64,000 bases of DNA from a virus. The notes under the pieces are model-generated. The model saw only the letters and a list, made by a program, of their open reading frames with translations, was not told where the DNA came from and made no database searches. The stretch is taken from positions 1 to 64,000 of the IMG/VR virus record IMGVR_UViG_3300028800_000004. One strand, given 5' to 3'. Each line of letters starts with the position of its first letter. Positions within the stretch are counted from its first letter, which is position 1. Below are positions 22,869 to 31,758 of the stretch, one piece after another. Both the position numbers and the translations under genes were made by a program.

Positions 22869-22967
22869 ATGAGCAAATCTCCAAAGTTGAAATGGACGCC
22901 CTCTCTAGAGCGCAGACTCGCTGATCTCATCGAGAGCAACCCCCCGAAATTGTACAAGGAGGAATAA
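22869..22967 (+). CDS. hypothetical small protein (32 aa)
   Basis: GAAGGAGGAGG directly precedes the ATG. Its stop overlaps the next ATG (TAATG). Confidence 0.4.
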   Translation: MSKSPKLKWTPSLERRLADLIESNPPKLYKEE

Positions 22968-23917
22968 TGTCAGTTAGTTTCATCGAGGAAGCAGGAGTAG
23001 AACGGACAGCCAATGGAGGCTACACCGTACTCCCTGAGAATGTGATCCTAAAACCCGAACTCAGCGGGAGAAGCGAAGAAACAGATGTGACGGAGTTAGC
23101 AGAAGACATTCAACACAGGGAACAGTTGGTTCCGGCTGTCTGCTACAAGGATGAAGATGGGTGGCCTGTACTTATCGCTGGCCATCGCCGCATCCGGGCG
23201 ATTATGCTCCTGAATAAGGGAGTAAAAGACCCCGAAAAGAAAACCCGGCTCAAGTTTAACTACAGTAAAGTGAAAGACTTGGAAGAGGCTCTCGACATTA
23301 CTGTGGCTGAAAACCGGAACCGGACAGACACAAACTCTTTGGATGACGCTTACAACATTAGCGTTTATACCAATCGCTTTGGGAAGGGTTTGGAGGAAAT
23401 CGCCAAGAAGTACTTCCCCGGCGCGGCCAGTGACGTGAAGAAGTTGGCTTCAGCCGTTCAATGGGTGAAGGATAGACAGAAGCTTCTGGAACTCTCCCCC
23501 GAAGCTCAGGAAAAACTGAGAAAAGGAGAATTCTCAACCTCTGCTGCTCAGCAATTGGCCAAACTACAGCCAACAGAGCAGAACAAACTTCTGACCAAAA
23601 AAGCAGAAGAGGGGAAGAAGCTGAAGGTAAACGATGCCAAGGAAGCTGTTGCTGCGCGAAAGCCTGAACGCAATATCTCGGACAAGTCTCCAGCGAAGTT
23701 GCTGAAAAGGTTCAAGATTCTCGCGGAAGTGGCCGGTGCTCTGGCGGCAGAAGACATGGCGAAGGACTTCAAACGCTCTCGTGATCCGGAAATGGTTAAG
23801 GAGTTTGCTCCGCAGCTTCTGGTCATGTGCTACCGTCTAGGGGTGGAGCTTGAACCACACTCCCTCAAGTGGGCGGAGCAGAACAAGAGCATCAAGACTG
23901 CGATGGATAACGTTTAG
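22967..23917 (+). CDS. ParB/Srx-fold N-terminal domain protein
   Basis: PVLIAGHRRIRAIMLL core (the ParB GxRR box), then a helical Lys-rich C-terminus. Confidence 0.65.
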   Translation: MSVSFIEEAGVERTANGGYTVLPENVILKPELSGRSEETDVTELAEDIQHREQLVPAVCYKDEDGWPVLIAGHRRIRAIMLLNKGVKDPEKKTRLKFNYSKVKDLEEALDITVAENRNRTDTNSLDDAYNISVYTNRFGKGLEEIAKKYFPGAASDVKKLASAVQWVKDRQKLLELSPEAQEKLRKGEFSTSAAQQLAKLQPTEQNKLLTKKAEEGKKLKVNDAKEAVAARKPERNISDKSPAKLLKRFKILAEVAGALAAEDMAKDFKRSRDPEMVKEFAPQLLVMCYRLGVELEPHSLKWAEQNKSIKTAMDNV

Positions 23918-23924
23918 GGGGTAA

Positions 23925-24308
23925 ATGGGTGTATCAACTGTACTAAAAGAACAGTTGTATATAAGACAAAGTGGTAAGTGCTTCTGGTGCGGGAGGGATA
24001 TGGCTCCTTTAGATGTATTCCCTCCCAATCCATTAGCAGCCACGGTTGACCATGTGATCCCTAAGGCGGCAACCAGAAACTTTAACACGTCTTTCCGAGC
24101 GGCTTGTAACGAGTGTAACAATTTACGAAGTGTGTTCAATCCCGGTAGTTACCAAAAAGAAAAGGAAGACCGGGTTGAAACTATCCGAAAACAAACGGAA
24201 GAAATAGCAAGACTTCGCAAACTAGCATACGATCTACAAACCGAACTGGATAGATTAACCCACCGTAACTGGTGGCAGAAATTTACGAATTGGAGAAAAA
24301 ATGAGTAG
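23925..24308 (+). CDS. HNH endonuclease
   Basis: CFWCG...TVDHVIPKA...CNECNNLR. Confidence 0.7.
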   Translation: MGVSTVLKEQLYIRQSGKCFWCGRDMAPLDVFPPNPLAATVDHVIPKAATRNFNTSFRAACNECNNLRSVFNPGSYQKEKEDRVETIRKQTEEIARLRKLAYDLQTELDRLTHRNWWQKFTNWRKNE

Positions 24309-24780
24309 GAAAAACAAAGCAAACCGCGAAGGCATTCTTAGCCTTGCTGACGATCTCATCAAACATGCTCGACTCTACAACCAAGAGGTATATGGGAATA
24401 TTGAGCCTTGTGGCACCGTACGCTGCATGGCTGGGCAGTGTCTGGCCAACGAGATAGGGTCCAAGGAGTTTATCAAAAGAGTCAAAGCAGGAGAATCCCT
24501 ATGGCCAGATGCAGTGGAGGCAGGAAAAAGGCAGTTGGGCCTTAGTTTGGCAAAGCACAAACACCCTTTGATCTTCTTGGATCATTATTCGTGGCCTAAT
24601 GACCTCACACATGAGTATAACGAGGCCAAGACCAACATCGGAAAGGTTATCGCTGCCCTCAAGGCCCTTTCCCGTCTTCGTATCGACGGCACCATTAGTT
24701 CCAAGGTGCAAACCCGCATCCCTCAACTAACCGCGCTTCTGAAGGACCAGAAGGCACCAGCAAAGAAGGGAAGAAAATGA
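24301..24780 (+). CDS. CG...C.AG-motif family protein (paralog C)
   Basis: ILSLADDLIKHA...CGTVRCMAGQCL. Confidence 0.65.
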   Translation: MSRKNKANREGILSLADDLIKHARLYNQEVYGNIEPCGTVRCMAGQCLANEIGSKEFIKRVKAGESLWPDAVEAGKRQLGLSLAKHKHPLIFLDHYSWPNDLTHEYNEAKTNIGKVIAALKALSRLRIDGTISSKVQTRIPQLTALLKDQKAPAKKGRK

Positions 24781-24989
24781 GGAAATTAACGGAAGAGTAT
24801 CGCCAAAAATCAGCAGAGACGTTGAAGAAGAAGTACCCCGACTTTACGGACGAGGTTCGGCTTCAGCTTGTCGATGACTACTGGTGGTGGTATAATCAGG
24901 GGGTGGACGAGACGACGGAGAAGATTCTGACTACCGTCCTTCGAAAAATGACAGATAAAGAAACCCCCAAACCAACCCCAGTAAACTAA
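24777..24989 (+). CDS. hypothetical protein
   Basis: 70-aa ORF, coupled start. A terminator follows. Confidence 0.6.
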   Translation: MRKLTEEYRQKSAETLKKKYPDFTDEVRLQLVDDYWWWYNQGVDETTEKILTTVLRKMTDKETPKPTPVN

Positions 24990-25273
24990 TCCTTCGGAGG
25001 TTCCTCCACCGGGTGTCCCTTAAAGACGCCCGGTTTTTTTGTGCCTTTAAGTGCCTCAATAATGGCCTTTTCTTTGTCCGTCTTGCGACGAGGGGATGGG
25101 CGAAGGGGGATAGCCTCAAGCGAGAGCTTCGCGGCCTGTAGACGCTCCGCAATCGAGGCGTCCGGGTCCTCCAATATGCCTGCCAATGCGGAGAGCAGCC
25201 GATTAGGATACGAATGCCCACGTTTCTTTTTGGTTCTCTTTGGTTCTGTTTCAGGATTACTTTTTTCTAACAT
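24986..25273 (-). CDS. basic ORF downstream of GIY-YIG (possible DNA-binding tail, or spurious)
   Basis: 95-aa Lys/Arg-rich ORF overlapping the GIY-YIG stop by 17 nt. It runs across the plus-strand terminator. Confidence 0.3.
   Translation of the reverse strand: MLEKSNPETEPKRTKKKRGHSYPNRLLSALAGILEDPDASIAERLQAAKLSLEAIPLRPSPRRKTDKEKAIIEALKGTKKPGVFKGHPVEEPPKD
25009..25040 (+). terminator. rho-independent terminator
   Basis: CCGGGTGTC-CCTTAAA-GACGCCCGG then T7. Confidence 0.8.
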
Positions 25274-25733
25274 CGCTTCTTCTTAGATACCCCTCTTCAA
25301 TCAACACATTTTCGTAGATCATTCTTTCTCCTTCCGGAATTTTAAAAATATCATAGTCTATGAAACGCTTCAGAGATTTATTCTTGGCCATGTTCCTTAT
25401 TAACCCGCGCACTTCGTCCTTGGTATACTTACCAGTGTCGGGGTACCCCCTGTGGGTTCCCCCAGCGTGCCTATTGTATCCTAGAGATTTTCTACGGGTT
25501 CCTAAAAAAGATATAAAAAACTTCTCCGCTCTGTTCATGGCCTCGAAACTAGGGCATTCACACAAAGCCTCGATGGTAAAAGCTTCCTTTCCGTAGCGAT
25601 AAATGTCGTCCTCAAGCTCCTTGTTTGGCCGGTAGTAACAGTGCATTCTCCATCTTTCGTACAGAGGCATGATGGTTTGACCCACGTACCTCTTGCCGTT
25701 TTCTTTGCAGGTTATTAAGTATATGGTTTTCAT
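25257..25733 (-). CDS. GIY-YIG homing endonuclease (catalytic domain)
   Basis: IYLITCKENGKRYVGQT...YERWRMH...N motif order is typical of GIY-YIG. Confidence 0.8.
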   Translation of the reverse strand: MKTIYLITCKENGKRYVGQTIMPLYERWRMHCYYRPNKELEDDIYRYGKEAFTIEALCECPSFEAMNRAEKFFISFLGTRRKSLGYNRHAGGTHRGYPDTGKYTKDEVRGLIRNMAKNKSLKRFIDYDIFKIPEGERMIYENVLIEEGYLRRSDVRKK

Positions 25734-26069
25734 AACTCTCTTGTCTCAGTTAGGATGCCTCAAGCTCCGCTTTCGGCGTCAGTAAAGGAGAGCATCGTCG
25801 GCCTCCCGGCCTCCTCAAGCTCTTAACTATTTGCTATTATACTATCTTAACTGCGGGGGGTTCGGGGGGTGTTCTGCAACCCCCCGTCACTTCTCCAGCT
25901 AAGAAAGAACAAAAATAGTTGAGAGAGGCAGAGCCGAACTCGAATAGAGCCGCTGAGCGGAGCGAAGCATCCTATAGAGGAGTTACTTGCCTTCTGATTT
26001 CCTTCTAACTGTACATACTTTAGCATGACTTTTCGCAAAAGTCAATAGTTTGTAACACAATTTTAACAA

Positions 26070-26098
26070 TTGACTCGAAATAAATTGTGTGTCATACT
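26070..26098 (+). promoter_or_regulatory. sigma70-like promoter embedded in an inverted repeat
   Basis: TTGACT-N17-CATACT. ACACAATTT...AAATTGTGT brackets the -35. The -10 ends 6 nt before ATG 26105. Confidence 0.4.
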
Positions 26099-26104
26099 GG
26101 ATTC

Positions 26105-26293
26105 ATGATTCCCAAAAGGGTAGTGTTTGAAAAATTTGAACCAGATACAAGTTTCAGTATATTGAAGCGTAGGCAAAAGAGGGCGTACGCATCCGGCTCC
26201 GCGCTGGCCAATCATGCGAAGGTTTGCCACAAGGGTATTTTCGACCCTCTATGCGCGGCTTGCCGGGAGTTGAAGGAGAAATCTAAGTCATGA
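26105..26293 (+). CDS. hypothetical protein (possibly leaderless)
   Basis: 62 aa from the ATG at 26105. The tracked start at 26087 lies inside the putative promoter. Confidence 0.45.
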   Translation: MIPKRVVFEKFEPDTSFSILKRRQKRAYASGSALANHAKVCHKGIFDPLCAACRELKEKSKS

Positions 26294-27315
26294 CAGAACT
26301 TGAACTTGTGCACAAACGTCTGCTGGCGGCGGTGACGGTAGAGGAAGTGTTCGGGATGGGTTCCCCCGCCAAGACCGTGTTCCGGCAGTTAGCTAAGGTC
26401 GTACACCCTGACCAGAACCCCGGTAATCCCCTCTCTAAGGCGGCGTTTGAACTTCTGACGCAGTTGTATAGGGAAGCGGAAGACAGAGCCAAGGAGGGCA
26501 CCTACGGCCTCAACAAGACTGTCTGGTGGAAGACCCCGATTACGATTGGGGCGTACGAGGTATCGAAGTTTCCCATCAGCGGTAGTATATGCGACCTGTA
26601 CGAGGGGAAGGACGTGTTTGTCAAGGTGGCTAGAAACCATGACGATAACGATCTTCTCCGCGCAGAGAGGGAGGCTCTTGGTATTCTAACCAGAGTCATG
26701 CCGCCTGTGAGGGATGGGATACCTGTGCTCCGAGATTCCTTTTCCATTTCCGGAAGATTTAAGCGCAACGCCAACGTTATCAATAAGATGCAAGGGTTCT
26801 TGACTTTAGAAGAGGTTAAGCGTAGAGTGAAATCTGACCCGCGAATGCTGGTTTGGTTGTTCAAGCGGACTTTGATCCTGTTGGGATGGGCGCACAATTT
26901 GGGCGTGATTCACGGCGCAGTTTTGCCGCCACATATAATGGTGTTTCCGGACAACGCAACGCCGGACCGAGACGCGAGAAAACACACAATCCGTTTAATC
27001 GATTGGTGTTACTCCGTCGGTAAAGATAGAACTAGGTTAAGCGCCTTGGTGCCGGAGTATGAGTCTTTTTACGCCCCGGAGATTTTAGACCGTAAGCTCA
27101 CCACGTCTTCGGATGTGTACGCGGCGGCGAAGACGATACAGTTCTTGGGGGAAGTTCCAGACCCTCTCTCGAAGATTTTAGAGAGGGCACTTGACAAAAC
27201 ACCGAGTAAGCGGTATAAAAATACTAACGAGATTTTTAACGAGTGGGTTGTAGCGGCAGAGGCCGCATACGGCCCTCCGAGTTGGAGCAAGTTCGAAGTA
27301 CCAGAGGAGAAATAA
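26290..27315 (+). CDS. J-domain / protein-kinase-like (probable pseudokinase) fusion
   Basis: N-terminal FRQLAKVVHPDQNPGN (HPD). C-terminal VFVKVAR, EREAL, VIHGAVLPPHIMVF (HRD Asp and Asn missing), IDW in place of DFG, YAPEIL. Confidence 0.65.
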   Translation: MTELELVHKRLLAAVTVEEVFGMGSPAKTVFRQLAKVVHPDQNPGNPLSKAAFELLTQLYREAEDRAKEGTYGLNKTVWWKTPITIGAYEVSKFPISGSICDLYEGKDVFVKVARNHDDNDLLRAEREALGILTRVMPPVRDGIPVLRDSFSISGRFKRNANVINKMQGFLTLEEVKRRVKSDPRMLVWLFKRTLILLGWAHNLGVIHGAVLPPHIMVFPDNATPDRDARKHTIRLIDWCYSVGKDRTRLSALVPEYESFYAPEILDRKLTTSSDVYAAAKTIQFLGEVPDPLSKILERALDKTPSKRYKNTNEIFNEWVVAAEAAYGPPSWSKFEVPEEK

Positions 27316-27902
27316 TGTTTGGTTGGGGAAAAGAAAACATGGGCAGTCAAGAGCCGGAGTATCCAGAGACAGTAATAGTAGAGGAACCACCTAAGCCAGA
27401 ACCAGAAAAGGTTCCGGACCCACAGACGTACGAGGCAAAACCCGATCTTTCTTCGTTAGAACTTGAGGAATACCTCAAAGTCTGTGAAGAGATTGGACTT
27501 ACAAATAACGCAGACGTAATATCGCAAAAACTTCTTTGTTGCTTCAAAGAGGAAAACATTCATGTATACAATGGTTCACAGGTTGTTAATTACCTAGATA
27601 AGGAACTCGGAGATACGTGGCAGTGGAGAGGGTTGCGCGACTCGGATGTAGAGCATCTTGCAGGCTGGTCGCAAGATTACAAAAACGCGAGAGATGTTAG
27701 TTTCTCAGATAGAAAATATAACGGAGCTATTCCTCTTCCTGTTCTTCTCACAGTGAAGAAGATAATGAAGGCAGTTCCGGAAGCTCACTTCTATGTTTCT
27801 GCTACCGAAGAGGACGGGGACCCTTTCCTTTCTGTGGCGCATAGAAATTCGCCTACATACATAGTCGAACGATGGAACGAACCGGGATTCAGAGAAAGAT
27901 AA
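27315..27902 (+). CDS. hypothetical protein; C-terminal domain shared with 7075..7767
   Basis: 195 aa. Acidic, proline-rich N-terminus. C-terminal IPLPVLL..PEAHFYV..DPFLSV..YIVERWNE. Confidence 0.6.
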   Translation: MFGWGKENMGSQEPEYPETVIVEEPPKPEPEKVPDPQTYEAKPDLSSLELEEYLKVCEEIGLTNNADVISQKLLCCFKEENIHVYNGSQVVNYLDKELGDTWQWRGLRDSDVEHLAGWSQDYKNARDVSFSDRKYNGAIPLPVLLTVKKIMKAVPEAHFYVSATEEDGDPFLSVAHRNSPTYIVERWNEPGFRER

Positions 27903-27912
27903 AGGAGAAATA

Positions 27913-28866
27913 ATGGGCGGTGGTAGTTGGGATACACATTCATACACGTCTAATGCGGCAGACCGTAAGGCCAACAAAGTAGACGACTTCGCATACACAC
28001 GCAGCGCAACCAAGGTTCACAAGAATCTCGATCCGCTGAGGATCAACAAGAAGGCAGATTCGAAACTGGAGTCTAGGGATAGCAAGGAACATCCTAACTC
28101 GACGCCGGTTCTGATTAGCTTCGATGTGACTGGCAGCAATATCAACAGGGCTGTCGTGGCTCAGAAGAAGCTTCCGGCTCTGATGGACCTTCTCAAGAAG
28201 TATCTTCCGGATGCTCAGGTGGCATTCGCGGCTAACGATGATTACAAGGTGGAAGGCACCAATAGCATCCAGATTTCTGAGTTCGAGTCTGACAACAGAG
28301 CGGACGACCATCTTAGAAAGATTTGGTTGGTTGGGAACGGTGGCGGGAATTCGCAAGAGAGCTATGAGTTGATTCTGTACGCGGCTGCTAGAAAGGTTTC
28401 TCTAGACTCCATCGACAAACGCGGTAAAAAAGGATACCTGTTCATGTATGCCGACGAGCGCATTCCTACTTCTGTCCTCAAGGGAGAAGTAAAGGATGTT
28501 TTCGGTGACGCACTGGAAGCAGATATTCCGGTTAAGGAAATCATCGAGGAAGCGCAACGCAACTTCAATGTGTTCCTTCTCTGGCCCCACGGTGGATACA
28601 TTCCCGATGCGCGTGCTCAGTATGAAAAACTGTTCGGGGAAGACAACGTGATTACCCTCGAAGACCCAAGTCTTATTTGCGAAGTCATCGCAAGTACCAT
28701 CGGGTTGTTCGAAGATCGCGCTACTCCTGCCTCGCTGGTTACTGACCTCGTTGCGGTTGGAGTGAGCGACAAGGACGCTAAGGCAGTCTCTAAGTCCCTC
28801 AAGAAGATTGAGAAGGGTGAGGAGTTAGCGGTAGCGGGTGGCGGAAAGAAGGCGAAGAGAGTATGA
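27913..28866 (+). CDS. vWA-domain protein
   Basis: VLISFDVTGSN (MIDAS-like DxTGS), later GNGGGNSQES and LFMYADE beta strands. Confidence 0.6.
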   Translation: MGGGSWDTHSYTSNAADRKANKVDDFAYTRSATKVHKNLDPLRINKKADSKLESRDSKEHPNSTPVLISFDVTGSNINRAVVAQKKLPALMDLLKKYLPDAQVAFAANDDYKVEGTNSIQISEFESDNRADDHLRKIWLVGNGGGNSQESYELILYAAARKVSLDSIDKRGKKGYLFMYADERIPTSVLKGEVKDVFGDALEADIPVKEIIEEAQRNFNVFLLWPHGGYIPDARAQYEKLFGEDNVITLEDPSLICEVIASTIGLFEDRATPASLVTDLVAVGVSDKDAKAVSKSLKKIEKGEELAVAGGGKKAKRV

Positions 28867-29879
28867 AGCAATACATAGGAATCGCTAGAGATCATTCCGG
28901 TTCCATGAGTAGTCTCAAGACTACGGCCACTTCGGACTACAATTCGAATGTGGAAAGTATTAAAGAGGGTGCCACTGACCACGGTATTGACACTGTGGTC
29001 AGTGTTATCAAGTTCGGGGTAAGAGCGGCGACTGGTATTGAGTTCGAGGTTAAGAACTCAAGCGTGAATAGCCTTAAGAAACTAACCTCGTACGAGACGT
29101 ATGGCTCTACTCCCTTGTTCGATAGTGTTGGAGAACTTATTGAGCAGTTGTCGAAAGTTCCAGATGCGGAAGACCCGGATGTTTCATTCCTTATCATGGT
29201 GATTACGGATGGAGCGGAAAACTCAAGCCGGAATTACAATGGCAACAGTATCTCTAAGAAAATAAAGGAGTTGCAGAACACCGATAAGTGGTCATTTGTG
29301 TTTCGCGTTCCTCAAGGGTACGGCCATAACCTTTCTCGACTTGGGATTCCAGAGGGGAATATCCTCGAATGGGAGCAAACCAAACAAGGTTTTGAGAAGG
29401 CAACGCAGAGAACCAAGGAAGCGGTGACGCGATTCTATGCCGCTAGAGCCAGTGGGCAAAGACGTACTACCAGTTTCTACTCCGATCTTAGCCAAGTATC
29501 GGTTAAAGAAGTGGAAAGAGAGTTGGTAGAAATTACCAAGCAAGTATCTTTTTGGTCGGTCCGAAAGAACTCTTCCGTGCGAGATTTTGTGGAAGACCAC
29601 ATCGGCGGGGGAATGATAATTGGAGCAGCCTTCTACCAGTTAACTAAACCCGAGAAGCTTCAGAGCTATAAGCTTATCTGTATTCGTAACAAGGCAACAG
29701 GAGAAGTTTTCTCCGGCGATGCCGCGAGAGATTTGCTCAACCTTCCTAGAGGGGGAGAGATTAAACTTCAACCGGGAGACCACGGGAAGTTCGACGTGTT
29801 TATCCAGAGCACCAGCACAAATCGGAAGTTATTACCCAATACAGAGCTATTGTATTGGCCGAAAGTGAGGAGTCTTTAA
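28863..29879 (+). CDS. vWA-domain protein
   Basis: IARDHSGSM (DxSGS), GSTPLFD, MVITDGAENSS: a complete MIDAS pattern. Confidence 0.7.
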   Translation: MKQYIGIARDHSGSMSSLKTTATSDYNSNVESIKEGATDHGIDTVVSVIKFGVRAATGIEFEVKNSSVNSLKKLTSYETYGSTPLFDSVGELIEQLSKVPDAEDPDVSFLIMVITDGAENSSRNYNGNSISKKIKELQNTDKWSFVFRVPQGYGHNLSRLGIPEGNILEWEQTKQGFEKATQRTKEAVTRFYAARASGQRRTTSFYSDLSQVSVKEVERELVEITKQVSFWSVRKNSSVRDFVEDHIGGGMIIGAAFYQLTKPEKLQSYKLICIRNKATGEVFSGDAARDLLNLPRGGEIKLQPGDHGKFDVFIQSTSTNRKLLPNTELLYWPKVRSL

Positions 29880-29880
29880 G

Positions 29881-30102
29881 ATGAGCAGGCTAACTTTACA
29901 GAAAAGAAAGGACCCCCGAGACGACCAAGATACTTGGGGGTTCATGCTGGGAGACCTATTCTACGCCTTCTCGGACTTCGGAGGAAGCACCAGTAAGGAA
30001 TTAGCTACTATAGGTCTGGACTGGATTAAACAGGGATACGGGAATCCTTTCGACGGAGAGGACCCTAATAACTACGGACCAGTGTTGGAGGAGATAGAAT
30101 AG
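29881..30102 (+). CDS. hypothetical protein
   Basis: 73-aa ORF, tightly packed. Confidence 0.55.
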   Translation: MSRLTLQKRKDPRDDQDTWGFMLGDLFYAFSDFGGSTSKELATIGLDWIKQGYGNPFDGEDPNNYGPVLEEIE

Positions 30103-31244
30103 TGAAGGCAATCCTGCTTCAGGGTATGGCGTTCGGCGACGAGAGCAAAGGCGCGACAGTCGATGCTCTTTGTCGTAAGTTCCCTGTGGATCAGATAGTT
30201 CGGTATAATGGCGGTCCACAGACGGCCCATAACGTAGTAACACCACAAGGAGTACATCACACTTTCAGCCAGTTCGGGTCTGGAATGCTAGCTAACTCTA
30301 CTGTTAAGACACACTTATCTCGTTTCATGTTGATTAACCCGTTTAGTATGATGAGGGAAGCCGCCGCGTTGCCTACCTATACTCCGGTCTGGAACCGAGT
30401 TACCATAGACAGACAGTGCGTAGTCATCACTCCAATGCACAAAAGGCTTAATCAGTTAAGAGAGAAGGCAAGACGGGAAGGTGCCCACGGAAGTTGTGGG
30501 GTCGGTGTAGGGGTTGCCAGAGAACTCAGCCTGAGGTATGGTGATAGAGTGTTGTTAGTGGAAGACTTCGCGGACGAAAACAGAATCCACATGAAGCTAT
30601 TGTTCATGTTCTCGCAGTTAGGTTTCGAGATAGACAGGCTACAGAGAGAACTGAAGATTCCGGATATGGACTTTGATTTCGAGCACATGGCCCGTGCTTA
30701 CAAAGATTTCGGAAGTTACGCAAAAGTCGTTGACAAACTGGAGCCGAGTGACTTAATGTTGTTTGAAGGCGCTCAGGGCGTCCTGTTGGATGAGCGGAAG
30801 GAATTCCTGCCACACAACACTTGGACAAACTGCACCTTCGGAAACGCAGACAACCTCTTGTCAGAAGTCGGATGCAGTGATAGATTAAGGATTGGGTGCT
30901 TCAGATCGTACTTCACGAGGCACGGCCACGGGCCATTCCCAACGGAAGACGTGGACTTGACAAAATCCTTTAAGGAAGCGCATAATGGAACCGGAGAGTT
31001 TCAGGGTGCTTTTAGGTGTGGTAAATTTGATTTTGATTTAGCCAAAAAAGCACTTGACATTGTTGGCGGTTTGGATTATCTTTCTATTAGTCACTTGGAT
31101 CGGGCCTCGTTAGAAGTGGGCGATGAAATTTCAAGCACTCTAGGAGTTCCGGTAGGAGTCTGGGCCACGGGTCCCACATCAAACCACCGTGGTTTTAACT
31201 GTGAGTTGATCGACAGACTTGACAAGGTTTTGGAAACGTGTTAA
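30102..31244 (+). CDS. adenylosuccinate synthetase family protein, short form (PurA/PurZ-like)
   Basis: FGDESKG, RYNGGPQTAHN, GSCGVGVG, FEGAQGVLLD and TRHGHGPFPTE align with PurA WGDEGKG, RYQGGHNAGH, GTTGRGIG, FEGAQGTLLD and TRVGAGPFPTE. 380 aa versus about 430 for cellular PurA. Confidence 0.85.
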   Translation: MKAILLQGMAFGDESKGATVDALCRKFPVDQIVRYNGGPQTAHNVVTPQGVHHTFSQFGSGMLANSTVKTHLSRFMLINPFSMMREAAALPTYTPVWNRVTIDRQCVVITPMHKRLNQLREKARREGAHGSCGVGVGVARELSLRYGDRVLLVEDFADENRIHMKLLFMFSQLGFEIDRLQRELKIPDMDFDFEHMARAYKDFGSYAKVVDKLEPSDLMLFEGAQGVLLDERKEFLPHNTWTNCTFGNADNLLSEVGCSDRLRIGCFRSYFTRHGHGPFPTEDVDLTKSFKEAHNGTGEFQGAFRCGKFDFDLAKKALDIVGGLDYLSISHLDRASLEVGDEISSTLGVPVGVWATGPTSNHRGFNCELIDRLDKVLETC

Positions 31245-31252
31245 AATGGATT

Positions 31253-31333
31253 TGGGAATAGCGTTAGAAACAGTTACTTCTCATGCTTAATGAATTGCCG
31301 AAAGGCAGTCTCTGTTTCGCTTGTTCTTTCCCA
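31253..31333 (+). ncRNA. Y RNA-like ncRNA 1
   Basis: TGGGAA-TAGCGTTA-GAAACAG-[insert with TGCC-GAAA-GGCA hairpin]-CTGTTTC-GCTTGTTCT-TTCCCA. Both helices are fully complementary. Confidence 0.6.
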
Positions 31334-31343
31334 TATTTGAAGT

Positions 31344-31452
31344 TCTAGGTAGTGTAGATACAGTTACTTCGGTTAAAGTAGCTTCGGCTATGAGAGGTTT
31401 CGACGCCTCACCTTCTTTCGAGAAGGGTTACTGTGTCGCTTGTGCTCCTAGA
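31344..31452 (+). ncRNA. Y RNA-like ncRNA 2
   Basis: TCTAGG-TAGTGTA-GATACAG-[three-hairpin insert]-CTGTGTC-GCTTGTGCT-CCTAGA. Confidence 0.6.
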
Positions 31453-31463
31453 TGTTTTAAGGT

Positions 31464-31529
31464 TCTAGGTAGTGAAGACCACGGTTACTTCTTTGGTGAT
31501 AAACACCGTATGTCGCTTATTCTCCTAGA
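31464..31529 (+). ncRNA. Y RNA-like ncRNA 3 (minimal)
   Basis: TCTAGG-TAGTGAA-GACCACGG-[GGTG-ATAAA-CACC]-CCGTATGTC-GCTTATTCT-CCTAGA. Confidence 0.55.
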
Positions 31530-31758
31530 TAAGATTAGCCTAGTTCGCAAGAGCGCGAGTCGGCAAACCCCCGGGAACCCTTGATTTCGAATATATAGGG
31601 GCAACAAGGCAATGGTATGCGACAGTGGCTAAAACAGGGGCATTATACGGGTAGCTCCCGTGCCCCGAAGGTTGTAGGGTGGCAGAGAGTATTAGAATTG
31701 CGGGTCCTGTTACGGACTCAACGCTGGCGACGAATCTCCAGCCCCTACTAAAATTCAG

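Larger units (their letters stand above)
24986..25733 (-). mobile_element. free-standing GIY-YIG homing endonuclease cassette, antisense to the surrounding operon
   Basis: The only minus-strand coding block between 17.2 and 63.6 kb. Flanked by a plus-strand terminator and a new plus-strand promoter. Confidence 0.55.

Noticed and set aside
24986-26069. Group I intron hosting the GIY-YIG gene
   Set aside because: The flanking ORFs (24777..24989 and 26105..26293) are not halves of one recognisable gene. A terminator and a promoter flank the cassette. I could not find P7/P3-type conserved pairings.
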